Positions 28,603-37,831 of a DNA stretch of 64,000 nt are shown one piece after another. This stretch comes from Patescibacteria group bacterium (lineage in GTDB: Bacteria > Patescibacteriota > Minisyncoccia > Phycocordibacterales > SBAW01). Position numbers and translations under genes: made by a program. Within the stretch, counting starts at the first letter, position 1. Each line of letters opens with the position of its first letter. A model generated the notes under the pieces. That model made no database searches, was not told the DNA's origin, and was given only the letters and a program-made list of their open reading frames with translations. Where the stretch lies: positions 6,120 to 70,119 of the forward strand of contig JAIEMM010000006.1 of the NCBI GenBank assembly GCA_019752125.1, in the 5' to 3' direction.

Positions 28603-29138
28603 TGGCGCTCTACTTCATTACAGGAAGTAAAAACAAAGTCGCTGAGGTTCAGTCAGTGCTGCCTGACATAGAGCAGATGGAAATTAATCTGCCGGAAGTA
28701 CAGGAGCTCGACCCACATACAATACTTGCAGCAAAACTCGCTGAAGCACAAAAACACCATAAGGGAGAATTCATCGTCGAAGACACATCTCTTTATTTTG
28801 AAGGAATGAATGGCTTGCCGGGGCCTTTTGTTAAATGGTTTTTCGAAGCACTGGGTGCGGGAGGGTTAGCCTCCCTCGCAGAGTTCTATGGAGGGAAGGC
28901 GACTGCAAAAACTTTGATTGGGTATGCTGACGAAAAGGGCGAGGTGCAATTTTTTGAAGGGGAGATGAAAGGAATGATAGTGCAACCTAGGACCCCAAGC
29001 GGCTTTGGGTGGGACAATATTTTTGTACCAGAAGGCTACGATAAAACCTTTGGAGAACTCGGACCTGAAATAAAAAATACTATCAGCATGCGTGTCCAAG
29101 CTGCGCGAAAGCTCAAAGAGTATTTAGATACGAAATAA
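28602..29138 (+). CDS. Ham1/ITPase non-canonical purine NTP pyrophosphatase
   Basis: ITGSKNK, VEDTSL, NGLPGPFVKWF, FGWDNIF, KNTISMR. Confidence 0.92.
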   Translation: MALYFITGSKNKVAEVQSVLPDIEQMEINLPEVQELDPHTILAAKLAEAQKHHKGEFIVEDTSLYFEGMNGLPGPFVKWFFEALGAGGLASLAEFYGGKATAKTLIGYADEKGEVQFFEGEMKGMIVQPRTPSGFGWDNIFVPEGYDKTFGELGPEIKNTISMRVQAARKLKEYLDTK

Positions 29139-29143
29139 AATTA

Positions 29144-29179
29144 GGCGAGGTCCGACCTCGCCTAATTTTTACTGCGTAG
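29144..29179. repeat. 36-bp direct repeat, left copy (palindrome plus duplicated PBP 3' end)
   Basis: ggcgaggtccgacctcgcctaatttttactgcgtag; 34/36 identical to 29698-29733. Confidence 0.9.
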
Positions 29180-29228
29180 AAATAAAAAGCCCAACGGATT
29201 GCTCCGTGGGCTCGTGGAATGTAGGGCT

Positions 29229-29630
29229 TCAGTGAAGCTGGACTTCAGCGGCGGCATAGGCGCGAGCCAGAGCGTCCGTGTAGGAAATTGGAGCTTCACC
29301 GCGTGCGCCGTATATCATGTGCGCGTCGGCGGAATCTTCGTCCGGCCGCCAGAACTTCCAGACGAAGGTCCGAGCGATCTCTGAATTCGGGTGCGCTTCC
29401 CTGATTCGTTCCCAGACCTGCACGAGGCGCTGGCCGGGCACAGAGCGCTCGTCGAACGGCAACGGCAGAAAGTTCGACATGATGCCGCCCTTGAGCGCGA
29501 TGTTCTCCAAGGTCTGGCAGAGTTCGAGGTCTGTACCGGCAATGACGGCCCATAAGACCCGTCCGACTTTGTGATCACACCACCCCAGAACCTGGTTGGC
29601 AGAAACGCATAGCTTCGACAACTCTTGCAT
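29229..29630 (-). CDS. Orphan protein (133 aa) on a repeat-flanked cassette
   Basis: SD aggagg then ATG CAA GAG; GC-rich codons; own terminator (agcccaacgga-ttgc-tccgtgggct on the + strand, ~29189-29211). Confidence 0.7.
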   Translation of the reverse strand: MQELSKLCVSANQVLGWCDHKVGRVLWAVIAGTDLELCQTLENIALKGGIMSNFLPLPFDERSVPGQRLVQVWERIREAHPNSEIARTFVWKFWRPDEDSADAHMIYGARGEAPISYTDALARAYAAAEVQLH

Positions 29631-29697
29631 GGCTTGCCTCCTGGTTATACAGCCACAGGCACAGTACCATAGCTCCAAAAAATATCTAGCTATGATG

Positions 29698-29733
29698 GGC
29701 GAGGTCCGACCTCGCCCAATTGTTACTGCGTAG
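29698..29733. repeat. 36-bp direct repeat, right copy overlapping the PBP stop codon
   Basis: ggcgaggtccgacctcgcccaattgttactgcgtag. Confidence 0.9.
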
Positions 29734-31825
29734 GGGCAGAGGCGCCGCCGTGGGAGGCGAGCCATTGCTGGACTGAGTAGTCCCAACGGGTGAACTGAGG
29801 GTCATTGGCAGGGTTTGAAGGCTGTGGGCCGTTTGGATTGTCTTTATCTACCCAGTAGAGGATCTCGTGAAGCTGGCCATCACTACCTGGTATCTGCCAC
29901 TGGCCGCGAAGAACTGGCTTAAGGCCACTTTGGTCAACTTCTGTGCGAGTAAATGACACAGTAGGGAGTTTCTGCAGGGCATAAGCCATAAACTCATTCC
30001 ACATAGGACCTACGATAAAGCCTGAAACCTTGCGCACCATAGGGGTATTGTCATTGTTCCCAACCCACATACCTACGACGAGATTTGGTGTATAGCCGAT
30101 AGTCCATGCGTCTTTATAGTCGTTTGTAGTACCTGTTTTAACTGCTACATCGTGCCCAGGGAAGGTGAAGAGATTGTTCTCGCCAAGTGGAGAGCGTGCA
30201 ACAGGGTCTGAAAGGATGTCATTTATTTCCCGAGCAACAGAAGACTCTAATACCTGTGTGCCTGCAGTTTGTGCGTTATCTTCAATCACATTTCCGTTTG
30301 CGTCCTCGATCTTCATAACGCTTATTGGTTGATATTTCACACCATCGGTTGCGAACACCCCGTACGCACTCGACATATCAAGAAGCGTTGCTTCGCCGCC
30401 GCCGAGTACCAGCGTAAGTCCATATTGGTTTGCGTTGCTAAGTGTCGAGATGCCCATAGATTTTGCGAGCTCTAAGCTATTATTGATCCCCGCAAGATAG
30501 AGGGCTTTGATAGCAGGAACGTTGATCGACTGTGCAAGGGCGTCACGTAGAGTCATAGGCCCACGGAACTTGCCGTCATAGTTGTCAGGAGAATAACACG
30601 GCGCAGTTTTGTTTCCTGTATCATACGCAGAGCATGAGGTAGAGAATTGTGTCTGAGTATCAAACACCACTGTGTCGGGTGTGTACCCCTCTTCAAATGC
30701 TTTGGCGTATACAAAAGGTTTAAATGCAGAACCCGGCTGGCGCTGTGCCAACGTAACGTTAAAGTTGCCGCCGATCTCTGTGTCGAAGTAATTACGAGAC
30801 CCAACCATTACAAGAATTTGTCCGTTCGTAGGGTCAAGCGCGATCATGCCGGCATTTGAAGCGTTAAAGTTTGTCTGCTGTGTTGCTGCACGTGCTTGCA
30901 CAACTTCTTCTGCTTTCTGCTGCAAGTCTGCGTCGAGTGTGGTTGTAACCTTCCACCCGCCCTGTTCTGCGGCCTCAGGGCCGTATTTTTGTTCAAGATA
31001 TTGTTGAACATAAAAGACAAAGTGTGGTGCGGAAATAGAAGATGTGCGCTGAGGAACGAACGTAACAACTTCTTTTTCTGCCGCAACTCTCTGTTCTGCC
31101 GTTAGATAGCCATGCTCCTCCATCTTCTCAAGCACCAAATTCTTTCTCGCGTCCAACAGGTCTTTATGGTTTCCATATGGAGAGAAACGAGACGGCGCAG
31201 GCAAAACCGCAGCAAGATATGCGGCTTCAGCAACATCAACATCACTCGCATGTTTCCCAAAGAATGTCTGTGCCGCCTGTTCAACACCATAAATATTTCC
31301 TCCGTACGGTGCGTGGTTAAGGTACAGCTCTAAGATTTGTGACTTAGTGAGTGAGCGTTCTATCTTAAGGGACAGAAGCCACTCTTCGATTTTGCGGATA
31401 GGACTTTTTGCACCCGTAAGAAGTGTAAGTTTGACTACTTGCTGGGTGATGGTTGATCCGCCTTGTGAAGCGGATAGAGTAAGAATGTCCACCATGATTG
31501 CGCGGGCGATAGCTCTAAATTCGATCCCAGGATGTTGGTAGAAGTTTGGATCCTCAATAGAGAGGGTGGCGTTCTGGATGTTCTGGCTTACGGAAGAAAG
31601 GGGGACGACTGTTCTGTTCGTGTTGTTGTTGAGGCTGTAGAGCAGCACGGTGCCAGTGCGGTCATAGATTTTGGTTGATTGTTCAACCTTGCGCGACTCA
31701 AGAGAGGCGAGGTCTGGCACTTTTAGACTAGAAGCCCATAGAAAAATGATGCCAAGCAAAAAGAACCCTAAACCGAAGAGCCAGACGAGGGTTACACGCC
31801 AATGCTTTCGCAAATAACGCCACAT
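29723..31825 (-). CDS. Class A penicillin-binding protein (transglycosylase/transpeptidase)
   Basis: EDPNFYQHPG, QGGSTITQQVVK, RQPGSAFKP, SINVP, KTGTT. Confidence 0.95.
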   Translation of the reverse strand: MWRYLRKHWRVTLVWLFGLGFFLLGIIFLWASSLKVPDLASLESRKVEQSTKIYDRTGTVLLYSLNNNTNRTVVPLSSVSQNIQNATLSIEDPNFYQHPGIEFRAIARAIMVDILTLSASQGGSTITQQVVKLTLLTGAKSPIRKIEEWLLSLKIERSLTKSQILELYLNHAPYGGNIYGVEQAAQTFFGKHASDVDVAEAAYLAAVLPAPSRFSPYGNHKDLLDARKNLVLEKMEEHGYLTAEQRVAAEKEVVTFVPQRTSSISAPHFVFYVQQYLEQKYGPEAAEQGGWKVTTTLDADLQQKAEEVVQARAATQQTNFNASNAGMIALDPTNGQILVMVGSRNYFDTEIGGNFNVTLAQRQPGSAFKPFVYAKAFEEGYTPDTVVFDTQTQFSTSCSAYDTGNKTAPCYSPDNYDGKFRGPMTLRDALAQSINVPAIKALYLAGINNSLELAKSMGISTLSNANQYGLTLVLGGGEATLLDMSSAYGVFATDGVKYQPISVMKIEDANGNVIEDNAQTAGTQVLESSVAREINDILSDPVARSPLGENNLFTFPGHDVAVKTGTTNDYKDAWTIGYTPNLVVGMWVGNNDNTPMVRKVSGFIVGPMWNEFMAYALQKLPTVSFTRTEVDQSGLKPVLRGQWQIPGSDGQLHEILYWVDKDNPNGPQPSNPANDPQFTRWDYSVQQWLASHGGASAPTQ

Positions 31826-31854
31826 TGGTGTTAGTATAGCAGGTATAACCTTAT

Positions 31855-33027
31855 ATGGGACTTTTTTCGAAAAGGCAGGCGGTTATAACCGACGAAACAA
31901 AAATAAATGAACTTTTAACGCGCGGCGTTGAAAATCTCGTGCCGCGCGAACTTGCGGTAAAGAAGCTTCGCTCAGGCGACCGTCTGCGCGTGTACTGGGG
32001 GATAGACCCAACAGGTACCAAGATCCATCTTGGACATACGCTTTCGCTACGAAAGCTAAAAGCGTTTAGCGATCTTGGCCACGAAGTCATTTTGGTTATA
32101 GGAAGCTTTACGGCGATGATCGGCGACCCAACCGGCCGCGATGCTCAGCGTGCTCCACTTACAAAAGAGCAGGTAGAAGAAAATTTCCAAGACTACAAAC
32201 GCCAAGCGCAGAAGATTCTAGATTTTTCTAAGATCGAAATCCGTAAAAACGGCGACTGGCTTTCACCACTCAATTTCTCTGAAATAATCAAACTTGCAAG
32301 CAACTTTACGGTCCAACAGATGTTGAAGCGCGATATGTTCCAGCGCCGTATAGAAGAAGATAAGCCAATTTCGCTCCATGAGTTTCTCTACCCTTTGATG
32401 GTTGGGTACGACTCTGTCGTGCTTGATGTGGACTGTGAACTTGGCGGCAGCGATCAAGAGTTCAATATGCTCGCAGGGCGGCACTTGCAGCAGGCTATGG
32501 GCAAGCGCGATAAGTTTGTGCTCACAACTAAGCTTTTGGAAGGCACAGATGGCCGCAAGATGAGCAAGTCTTTCAACAACTGCGTGTACCTCGATGACGC
32601 ACCTTCAGATATGTACGGCAAGCTTATGTCTGTTAAGGATGAATTGCTTCCGGTCTACTTCGAATCTGCTACAGATATACCAATGGAAGAAGCGGCAGAA
32701 ATTCTCAAGGGCCACCCTAAAGAAGCAAAGATGCGCCTTGCCCGCGAGATTGTGACTATGTATCACAACCGCGCCGCTGCAGAAAAAGCAGAAGCCGATT
32801 GGACTAACACATTCAGCGACGGGGGAGTGCCAGAAAATATTCCTACAGTGTCTGCTGGGAAACTACGCGACCTTGTTGAAGGTGTCTCTATGAGTGAGCT
32901 TCGTCGTTTAGTAGAACAGGGTGCAGTCTCTTCCGTTATCTCTGGAAATAAAATAGAAAGCATTGAAGCAGAAATCAAAAACGATACTCTCCGTATCGGA
33001 AAGCATCGCTTTTTAAAGGTGAACTAA
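31855..33027 (+). CDS. tyrS: Tyrosyl-tRNA synthetase
   Basis: GIDPTGTKIHLGH, GGSDQEFN, KMSKS. Confidence 0.97.
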   Translation: MGLFSKRQAVITDETKINELLTRGVENLVPRELAVKKLRSGDRLRVYWGIDPTGTKIHLGHTLSLRKLKAFSDLGHEVILVIGSFTAMIGDPTGRDAQRAPLTKEQVEENFQDYKRQAQKILDFSKIEIRKNGDWLSPLNFSEIIKLASNFTVQQMLKRDMFQRRIEEDKPISLHEFLYPLMVGYDSVVLDVDCELGGSDQEFNMLAGRHLQQAMGKRDKFVLTTKLLEGTDGRKMSKSFNNCVYLDDAPSDMYGKLMSVKDELLPVYFESATDIPMEEAAEILKGHPKEAKMRLAREIVTMYHNRAAAEKAEADWTNTFSDGGVPENIPTVSAGKLRDLVEGVSMSELRRLVEQGAVSSVISGNKIESIEAEIKNDTLRIGKHRFLKVN

Positions 33028-33030
33028 ACT

Positions 33031-33186
33031 TTATTCCTCGGGTTCTTCGCCGAAGCCAGCTGAGAAGTCATCATCATCTTCTCCTTCTAGGTCTTCGTCG
33101 CCCTCGAGTTCTTCATCCTCGGTGGCAGTTTCGGTTTCTTCTTCCTCCTCATCGAGCAAGAACTCTTCTGCAAACTCTTCACTCAT
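33031..33186 (-). CDS. Hyperacidic 51-aa microprotein (not in ORF track)
   Basis: MSEEFAEEFLLDEEEEETETATEDEELEGDEDLEGEDDDDFSAGFGEEPEE. Confidence 0.7.
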   Translation of the reverse strand: MSEEFAEEFLLDEEEEETETATEDEELEGDEDLEGEDDDDFSAGFGEEPEE

Positions 33187-33244
33187 ACTTCGTTTCTTAA
33201 CTTAATAATTTTAAGCAATGGAATAACTAACAATGAGATTTGTA

Positions 33245-33721
33245 TCAAGAAAACCTATTTGATGCAAGGCATGTAAGTCCAACTGCAATGGCGTCCATCT
33301 CATCATCCAGGCGCTTCTTTTCAGGGATGGTTATAAGGCGAGGAACCATGGCTGCAATTGCGGCTTTATCGCCCTTGCCATAGCCTGTAATAGCTACTTT
33401 TACCTGTAAGGGAGTGTATTCGTGTACAGGAAGCCCTACGGAGCTCGCTATATAGAGAAGCATGCCACGTACGCCCGCCACATCCATGGCGGTCTTGGCG
33501 TTCTTTTCAAAGAAGATACTTTCTACTGCAACACAGCCTGGCTGCCAGAGATCAATGGTTGCTTGCACCGCAACACCAAGTTCTGCGAGACGCTGAGGAA
33601 AGGTGAGTTTAGCGGATGTTCGTACGCATTCAGAATGAAGCAAGACTTCCTTACCTTTAATTTTTTCTACAACAGCAATACCGAGGCGTTCGAAGCCGGG
33701 GTCAAATGCGAGTACTCTCAT
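33245..33721 (-). CDS. ruvC: Holliday junction resolvase
   Basis: LAFDPG, VAVESIFF, EYTPLQVK, DDEMDAIA. Confidence 0.95.
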   Translation of the reverse strand: MRVLAFDPGFERLGIAVVEKIKGKEVLLHSECVRTSAKLTFPQRLAELGVAVQATIDLWQPGCVAVESIFFEKNAKTAMDVAGVRGMLLYIASSVGLPVHEYTPLQVKVAITGYGKGDKAAIAAMVPRLITIPEKKRLDDEMDAIAVGLTCLASNRFS

Positions 33722-33733
33722 AGCACGATTGTA

Positions 33734-34258
33734 CTACGCTGCGCTTGTATAGACTTCGCTCACGTCGTCGTGCTCTTCAAGGGCGTCAGAAAGGTCGGCC
33801 ATTTTTTGAGAATCTTCGTCCGAGAGTTCAATAGGGGAAAGAGGCTCTAGTTTGCCTTCAGCATTTTTCTGGAAGGCCCACATAGCTGCGCCTGGTGTTG
33901 CAATACTGCCACCATGTTCGCTCAAGAGGTGTTTAAGTTCCTGCACAGTGCGATTTTTTGAGTCTGTGTAGCCTTCGATGATAAGCGCACAGCCTCCTGG
34001 GCCATATGCTTCATATATAACGTGCTCGAGCTCTTTCCCGTCAGCCTTAGCCAATGCGCGTTCAATATTGTCGCTGGGCATGTTTGCAGCCTTGGCCTTT
34101 TCAATTGCCACACGCACACCGGGCGCAGTCTTGTCGCCTTTAGCCTGCTTGAGTTCGCTGCTGATAATTTTTACCAACTTACTGAAAAGCTTCGACTTCT
34201 GTGCGTCGGTTTTACCCTTAGTATGTTTTAATTTCGCCCATTTACTATGTCCTGCCAT
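33734..34258 (-). CDS. yebC: YebC/PmpR family protein (short form)
   Basis: MAGHSKWAKLKHTK, ANMPSDNIERA, YEAYGPGG. Confidence 0.93.
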   Translation of the reverse strand: MAGHSKWAKLKHTKGKTDAQKSKLFSKLVKIISSELKQAKGDKTAPGVRVAIEKAKAANMPSDNIERALAKADGKELEHVIYEAYGPGGCALIIEGYTDSKNRTVQELKHLLSEHGGSIATPGAAMWAFQKNAEGKLEPLSPIELSDEDSQKMADLSDALEEHDDVSEVYTSAA

Positions 34259-34267
34259 AAAGGGATT

Positions 34268-35290
34268 TTACAAAAGTTTTTCGTTCAAGTCAGCAGGAGG
34301 AGTTCTGCCCACGTGTCTGTAGGCAGCAGCAGTAGCAACGCGCCCACGAGGAGTGCGTTCGATAAGGCCAAGCTGCAAGAGGAATGGTTCATGCACATCA
34401 GCAATGGTTGAAGGCTCTTCAGAAAGCGCTGCGCCAAGTGCTCCAACGCCAGCGGGCCCGCCATTAAAGCGGTCTATAAGTGCAATAAGAAGTTTACGGT
34501 CGATAGGTGTAAGGCCAAGCACATCAACTTCAAGTAAGTTAAGTGCCTCAGTTACCATTTTTTCAGAAAGAGGTTCACGTTTAAGCTGTGCGTAGTCGCG
34601 GGCGCGTTTCAAAAGGTAGTTTGCGGTGCGGGGAGTAGAGCGGCTGCGGCGAGCAATTTCACGAATGCCACTTTCTTCGACATCAACACCTAAGATTTTT
34701 CCTGAGCGGCGAACGATGTCAGCAATGTTGTCTTCTGAATAAAATTCCAAACGATATACGCCGCCAGAGAATCGTGAGCGAAGTGGTGCAGACAGATCTG
34801 CTACTCGTGTAGTTGCGGCAATTAGTGTAAATGGCGGCAACGGCAAATCCAGCGTTCGTGCCGAAGGGCCTTTACCTATAATGATATTAAGAGAGCCCGA
34901 CTCCATAGCAGGGTAGAGGACTTCTTCAATAGAACGAGAAAGACGATGGATTTCATCGATAAACAAAATATCGCCAGGTGCAAGGTTGGTAAGAAGTGCT
35001 GCTAAGTCGCCAACACGTTCAATAGCAGGGCCTGATGTTGAACGAAGCGTGCTGCCAAGTTCGTTTGCAATGAGGTGTGCAAGAGTTGTTTTCCCAAGAC
35101 CTGGTGGCCCGTAAAAAAGGATGTGTTCAGGTGGGTTTTGACGCTCTTTTGCAGCACCTAAAAGGATTTTTAAATTGTTTTTGATTGTTTCTTGCCCGAT
35201 ATATTCGTCAAATGTGGCTGGGCGTAAGGATGTATCTAAAAAGGCATCATTCCGGGGCTGGACAAGTGGTTCCTCGGATGTGCTTGACAT
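34268..35290 (-). CDS. ruvB: Holliday junction helicase RuvB
   Basis: [31 protein letters not shown]. Confidence 0.97.
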   Translation of the reverse strand: MSSTSEEPLVQPRNDAFLDTSLRPATFDEYIGQETIKNNLKILLGAAKERQNPPEHILFYGPPGLGKTTLAHLIANELGSTLRSTSGPAIERVGDLAALLTNLAPGDILFIDEIHRLSRSIEEVLYPAMESGSLNIIIGKGPSARTLDLPLPPFTLIAATTRVADLSAPLRSRFSGGVYRLEFYSEDNIADIVRRSGKILGVDVEESGIREIARRSRSTPRTANYLLKRARDYAQLKREPLSEKMVTEALNLLEVDVLGLTPIDRKLLIALIDRFNGGPAGVGALGAALSEEPSTIADVHEPFLLQLGLIERTPRGRVATAAAYRHVGRTPPADLNEKLL

Positions 35291-35312
35291 ACAATAAGTA
35301 CTATGCTAGGAT
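35284..35312 (+). promoter_or_regulatory. Sigma70 promoter for the ncRNA
   Basis: TTGACA-N17-TAGGAT with extended TG. Confidence 0.8.
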
Positions 35313-35318
35313 ATATTC

Positions 35319-35468
35319 AGTTCGGGCTACAGAGATCTCTAAGCAAACTCGGCGTCGCGATAAGGACGTTTCGGCTTTTACTTTACGTAAATAGCGGAGG
35401 CTATCCTCAACTGCGACACGCTTTTCGACTTGATTGAAATGTTGCTTAGAGATCTCTTGGCCCGAACC
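35319..35468 (+). ncRNA. Rod-shaped ncRNA, 6S RNA-like candidate
   Basis: 26-bp closing stem (35320-35346 with 35442-35467), asymmetric central bubble, apical stem; flanked by promoter and terminator. Confidence 0.6.
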
Positions 35469-35492
35469 TACTCTAACTCTACTCCTACCCTT

Positions 35493-35520
35493 AAAACCCG
35501 CAACGTTGACCGCGGGTTTT
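35493..35520 (+). terminator. Intrinsic terminator
   Basis: aaaacccgc...gcgggtttt. Confidence 0.75.
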
Positions 35521-35561
35521 GTTGTGTTAGTGTTTTCGAGGACAAAACGAAAGGGACCAAG

Positions 35562-35936
35562 ATGTCAACAATCGTTGTTTCGTTCCGGCCTTTGAGCCGG
35601 AATCGCTACCAGCCGCAAGTGTGGCGCGGTGAGTACAGGTTGAGTCCTAAAAACGGGAAGCCAACGAGGGTCAAGGTATTGAAATGTTACCCGGCAATCC
35701 CGCAACCACAGCTCAACGCGTTCCGTAACCGCTTCGCGCCGAAGCGGCCCAAGAAGGAGCCTGTCACGTACCCGGCGCAGCGCCCGGCATGGCAGCCAAG
35801 CAGGCATTTCCTTTCCGACGGCTATTATAAAATAACGTGTGGCTGTGGTGTGGGTGTTCCTGTTCCGCGTGATGCTGAGAAGGTCACGTGTGCAAGCTGC
35901 GGTGCTCGCACGCCAATCAAACGCGATTATCGCTAA
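35562..35936 (+). CDS. Basic orphan protein with C-terminal zinc ribbon
   Basis: SD aaaggga; ITCGCG...VTCASCG; terminator aacctcacc-tctt-ggtgaggtttt follows. Confidence 0.7.
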   Translation: MSTIVVSFRPLSRNRYQPQVWRGEYRLSPKNGKPTRVKVLKCYPAIPQPQLNAFRNRFAPKRPKKEPVTYPAQRPAWQPSRHFLSDGYYKITCGCGVGVPVPRDAEKVTCASCGARTPIKRDYR

Positions 35937-35985
35937 CGCCGCGCGCTCTTCAACCTCACCTCTTGGTGAGGTTTTTCTTTCTTCG

Positions 35986-36042
35986 CTCTACGTAGCTTTA
36001 CTGTGTCCTCCATAGCTTTAGCGAAGGAGGAGCGAAGTGGGG
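35986..36042. repeat. Nested gtagctttagcgaag hairpin elements
   Basis: Inner copy 36001-36031 splits the outer ctctacgtagcttta|gcgaagtgggg. Confidence 0.8.
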
Positions 36043-37728
36043 TTATATACCCGTATTCAGATCAACCACACGCCCTAATTCTTCAAGAGAGGTGACGCCG
36101 CGGAGAACTTTAAGAATGCCGTCTTCTTGCATCGTAGGGACTCCTTGTGCGCGGGCAGCCATGGCAACTTCACGTTCAGATGGTTTGCTGCGCAAGATTT
36201 CTTCGACAGGCCCATCCATAAAGATTGCTTCAAAGACGCCAATACGGCCTTTGTAGCCGCGGTTGTGGCAGGCTTCGCACCCGTGTTCGTTTGCGACCGA
36301 CACTGTCGAGCGGTTCGGTGGCACAAGAGATTTATCAACGATGTTTGTAAGATACGAATCAATTATTTTTTGTTCCTCAGGAGTCGCTTGGCGCACTTGT
36401 TTACACTTCACACACAGTTTTCTAAGAAGACGCTGTGCCATCGCAACACTCACCGCGGAGCTCAAGACTTTTTCGCTAATACCTAGGTCGATAAGGCGGG
36501 GGAATGAGCCTGCCGCATCGTTTGTATGCAGTGTAGAAAATACCAAGTGGCCAGTAAGTGCGGCGTTGATTGCCACTTCTGCTACTTCGCCATCACGGAT
36601 TTCACCCACCATGATAATGTCGGGGTCTTGTCGGAGCGCACTGCGTAGGCCTGCGGCAAAACTGTAATTTTTCTTATCAACCTGGGTTTGGACAATACCG
36701 TTCAAGTGATATTCCACAGGATCTTCAATCGTAATGATCTTGGTTTGAGGTGAATTTACTTTACGCATAAAAGCGTAGAGCGTAGTAGTTTTACCAGAAC
36801 CGGTAGGGCCGGTGGTCAAAATCATACCGTTTGGTTTTGCAACTTCACGCTCAATGCGCGCAAGCAGCTTTGGTTCAATACCGAGCTCTTCAAGCGGTAC
36901 TGAAATTGCTGATGGATTCAAAATACGCATCACCATCGTTTCTGAATAGTTGCCTGGCAATACCGATGAGCGTATTTCGATTTCTTCGCCTTTGATTTTG
37001 ATGCTGAAGCGCCCATCTTGTGCGTCTGCGACGATGTTGAGCTTGAGCCCAGAGAGAAGTTTTAGGCGCGAAAGTAACAGACGATAGGTTTCTTGATCGA
37101 GAGTGAGCACGTCGATGAGCACGCCGTCGAGGCGGTACCGTAGACGTACCTGTGTCTCCTCTGGTTCAAGGTGGATGTCAGACGCGCCTGTCGCCATGGC
37201 TCCCGCCAAGATAACTTCAAGAATACGAGTAATGCGGTAGGTATGTTTTGTTGATTTCACCGCTTCCTCAATAAGAGCGCCAATATCTGCCAAGCTAGTG
37301 ACTTTAGTAAGCAAAGACTCGAGTTCTTCGTTGGAGAGGTTGAACACACCTGCTTTTGATTCTGTTGCGTAGGAAAGTTCTGCGTAGCGGTCGTATGCAC
37401 GCTTCAAACTTTCTCCTGACGCCATAAAAAGGACGGGGCTGTACCCAGCTTCAGTAAGGCGCTGTATCTCTGTTTTTACTTTCGGGTTTTCAGGGGAGCG
37501 AACTGCAACGCTGATGCGTTTGCCAACTTGGCCAAACACGGCCATTTCCGCTTCACGTGCCGTAGATTCAGGAATGATACGTAGCGCATCGGCGCTTACT
37601 GCCACCAAAGACAAGTCTATGTACTCCACGCCGTATTTTTGCGAGAGCATCTGCGCGAGTTCTTCCTCCTCACGTTTTCTGAGGAAATCTAAACGCTTGT
37701 TTTGTTCGCCATCTGCAAAGACAACCAT
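36043..37728 (-). CDS. Type IV pilus/T2SS extension ATPase (PilB/GspE)
   Basis: ASDIHLEP, TGPTGSGKTTTLY, IEDPVEY, LRQDPD, STLHTND, two CxxC. Confidence 0.95.
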   Translation of the reverse strand: MVVFADGEQNKRLDFLRKREEEELAQMLSQKYGVEYIDLSLVAVSADALRIIPESTAREAEMAVFGQVGKRISVAVRSPENPKVKTEIQRLTEAGYSPVLFMASGESLKRAYDRYAELSYATESKAGVFNLSNEELESLLTKVTSLADIGALIEEAVKSTKHTYRITRILEVILAGAMATGASDIHLEPEETQVRLRYRLDGVLIDVLTLDQETYRLLLSRLKLLSGLKLNIVADAQDGRFSIKIKGEEIEIRSSVLPGNYSETMVMRILNPSAISVPLEELGIEPKLLARIEREVAKPNGMILTTGPTGSGKTTTLYAFMRKVNSPQTKIITIEDPVEYHLNGIVQTQVDKKNYSFAAGLRSALRQDPDIIMVGEIRDGEVAEVAINAALTGHLVFSTLHTNDAAGSFPRLIDLGISEKVLSSAVSVAMAQRLLRKLCVKCKQVRQATPEEQKIIDSYLTNIVDKSLVPPNRSTVSVANEHGCEACHNRGYKGRIGVFEAIFMDGPVEEILRSKPSEREVAMAARAQGVPTMQEDGILKVLRGVTSLEELGRVVDLNTGI

Positions 37729-37754
37729 ATCTATATTCTACAACGAAGTTCTTA

Positions 37755-37771
37755 CCGAGGACTGTCCTCGG
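37755..37771. repeat. AGG-AC-T-GT-CCT variant palindrome
   Basis: ccgaggactgtcctcgg. Confidence 0.55.
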
Positions 37772-37831
37772 CGTCAGAAATCTTATTTCAGTTTTAAATA
37801 AATTTTATCAATTCTGCTACACTACCCAAAT

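Noticed and set aside
29144-29733. Palindromic 36-bp repeats as a CRISPR array
   Set aside because: Only two copies, a 518-bp interval containing a gene, and no cas genes in the window.
29631-29786. N-terminal extension of the cassette ORF (185 aa in the track)
   Set aside because: It runs through the repeat and the PBP end; the SD points to the ATG at 29630.
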